From Nostoc sp. PCC 7120 = FACHB-418 (GTDB taxonomy: Bacteria > Cyanobacteriota > Cyanobacteriia > Cyanobacteriales > Nostocaceae), in contig NC_003276.1 in assembly GCF_000009705.1 (NCBI RefSeq), positions 210,001 through 242,000 of the forward strand: DNA of 32,000 nucleotides, given 5' to 3'. The notes beneath the pieces are model-generated. The model was given only the letters and a program-made list of their open reading frames with translations. It did no database searches and was not told the origin of the DNA. Below, piece after piece: positions 31,355 through 32,000 of the stretch. Each line of letters opens with the position of its first letter. Position 1 is the first letter of the stretch. A program made the position numbers and the translations under genes.

Positions 31355-32000
31355 GTCTCAGAGGGGGCTTTTCAATCAAGAATAATAAATTTAGGAGCCA
31401 AGAGAATTAGAGTCCCAAGATTTTAAAGGGCTATACTCTGACCGACTGTAGATATCGTCTCGCTATGTTCACAGTCTATTTCTCACACTAGTAGTGCGCT
31501 AAGTTTTGTTTAAGGAATAAAGGGTAAAGGGTAAAAGAACTCATGCTTTAGCCCTTTTCCGTTTCATCGTTCTTTTTTTACCTAGCCTTAACCGGAAATG
31601 GTTGGGTTGGCAAGCTACTAGAAAACGACTCAGGATTTATTCTGACTTCTAAACTTCTGAATTCTCTTAATTACGCTGCTTTTAACAAAAATTTATTTAA
31701 TGTAAATATAATTTTTTGCCACGATGCCAAAAAAAGCCAAGCAAAAGTTGTCTTTACTTCTACTTTTATGGCTATAATGAGCATAGTAAAGCAGCGTGGT
31801 GTCTTACTGACAAGTTAGTGGTTTTAAGTCGCCAAACTATCGCCCACTTTCTCAGTCATCAGGAGATCAACCCCGCTCTGAAAATATTAAATTGTCCGAA
31901 TTTCAGGCAAAGCGGCACTCCTTAGTACGTTTTGCCTAACTTTTTGTGTATTGTTTGTTCTCCTCCAGTTTTACGTATTATTGTCCCGTTTGATCTTACG

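Noticed and set aside
31716-31925. 69-aa ORF near the right edge
   Set aside because: It has a TTG start without a Shine-Dalgarno sequence and no recognisable motif. It lies in what looks like the rep upstream control region, so coding status is not supportable.
1-32000. Interpretation as a chromosomally integrated ICE
   Set aside because: There is no tRNA gene and there are no long flanking direct repeats. A primase-helicase Rep gene is present, so a plasmid is more parsimonious. The 16-bp repeat pair (3003 and 25333) lies inside promoter-like contexts and does not bracket the recombinase. Neither reading can be settled from this window alone.

Overview
This window reads as part of a conjugative plasmid, or less likely an ICE, from a filamentous Nostocales-type cyanobacterium. 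Supporting this are 17 exact HIP1 palindromes (GCGATCGC), STRR-like heptamer repeats and nested Nostoc-style intergenic repeats. From left to right the content is as follows. (1) A DUF192 protein, a membrane-anchored Mrr-type endonuclease-domain protein and a tyrosine recombinase. (2) A tightly packed plus-strand operon of about 12.8 kb (3098-15922) encoding a type IV secretion/conjugation apparatus: VirB4 ATPase, VirD4/TraG coupling protein, and VirB10-, VirB9-, DotI/VirB8-, VirB6-, VirB3- and pilin-like proteins. It ends in a small relaxase-fold ORF whose catalytic motifs look degenerate. (3) A 1227-aa DUF3854/Toprim protein and a 266-aa partner that share a Gln-rich C-terminal tail ending in PELE. 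(4) A two-component module: a sensor-less, N-terminally minimal histidine kinase, an overlapping tiny membrane protein, and a divergent NarL/LuxR-type response regulator. (5) A minus-strand operon with two paralogous ParA/TraL-like P-loop proteins. (6) A lipoprotein and two tandem paralogous membrane-anchored proteins. (7) A 1220-aa Toprim plus P-loop helicase replication protein (CyRepA-like). I saw no rRNA, tRNA or CRISPR array. The most notable points are a cyanobacterial (MPF_C-like) T4SS with no catalytically plausible relaxase in view, one small palindromic repeat inserted in-frame into both Toprim genes, a 16-bp motif shared by two promoter regions 22 kb apart, and a patchy HIP1 distribution. 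All functional calls rest on motifs read by eye, because no database search was possible.
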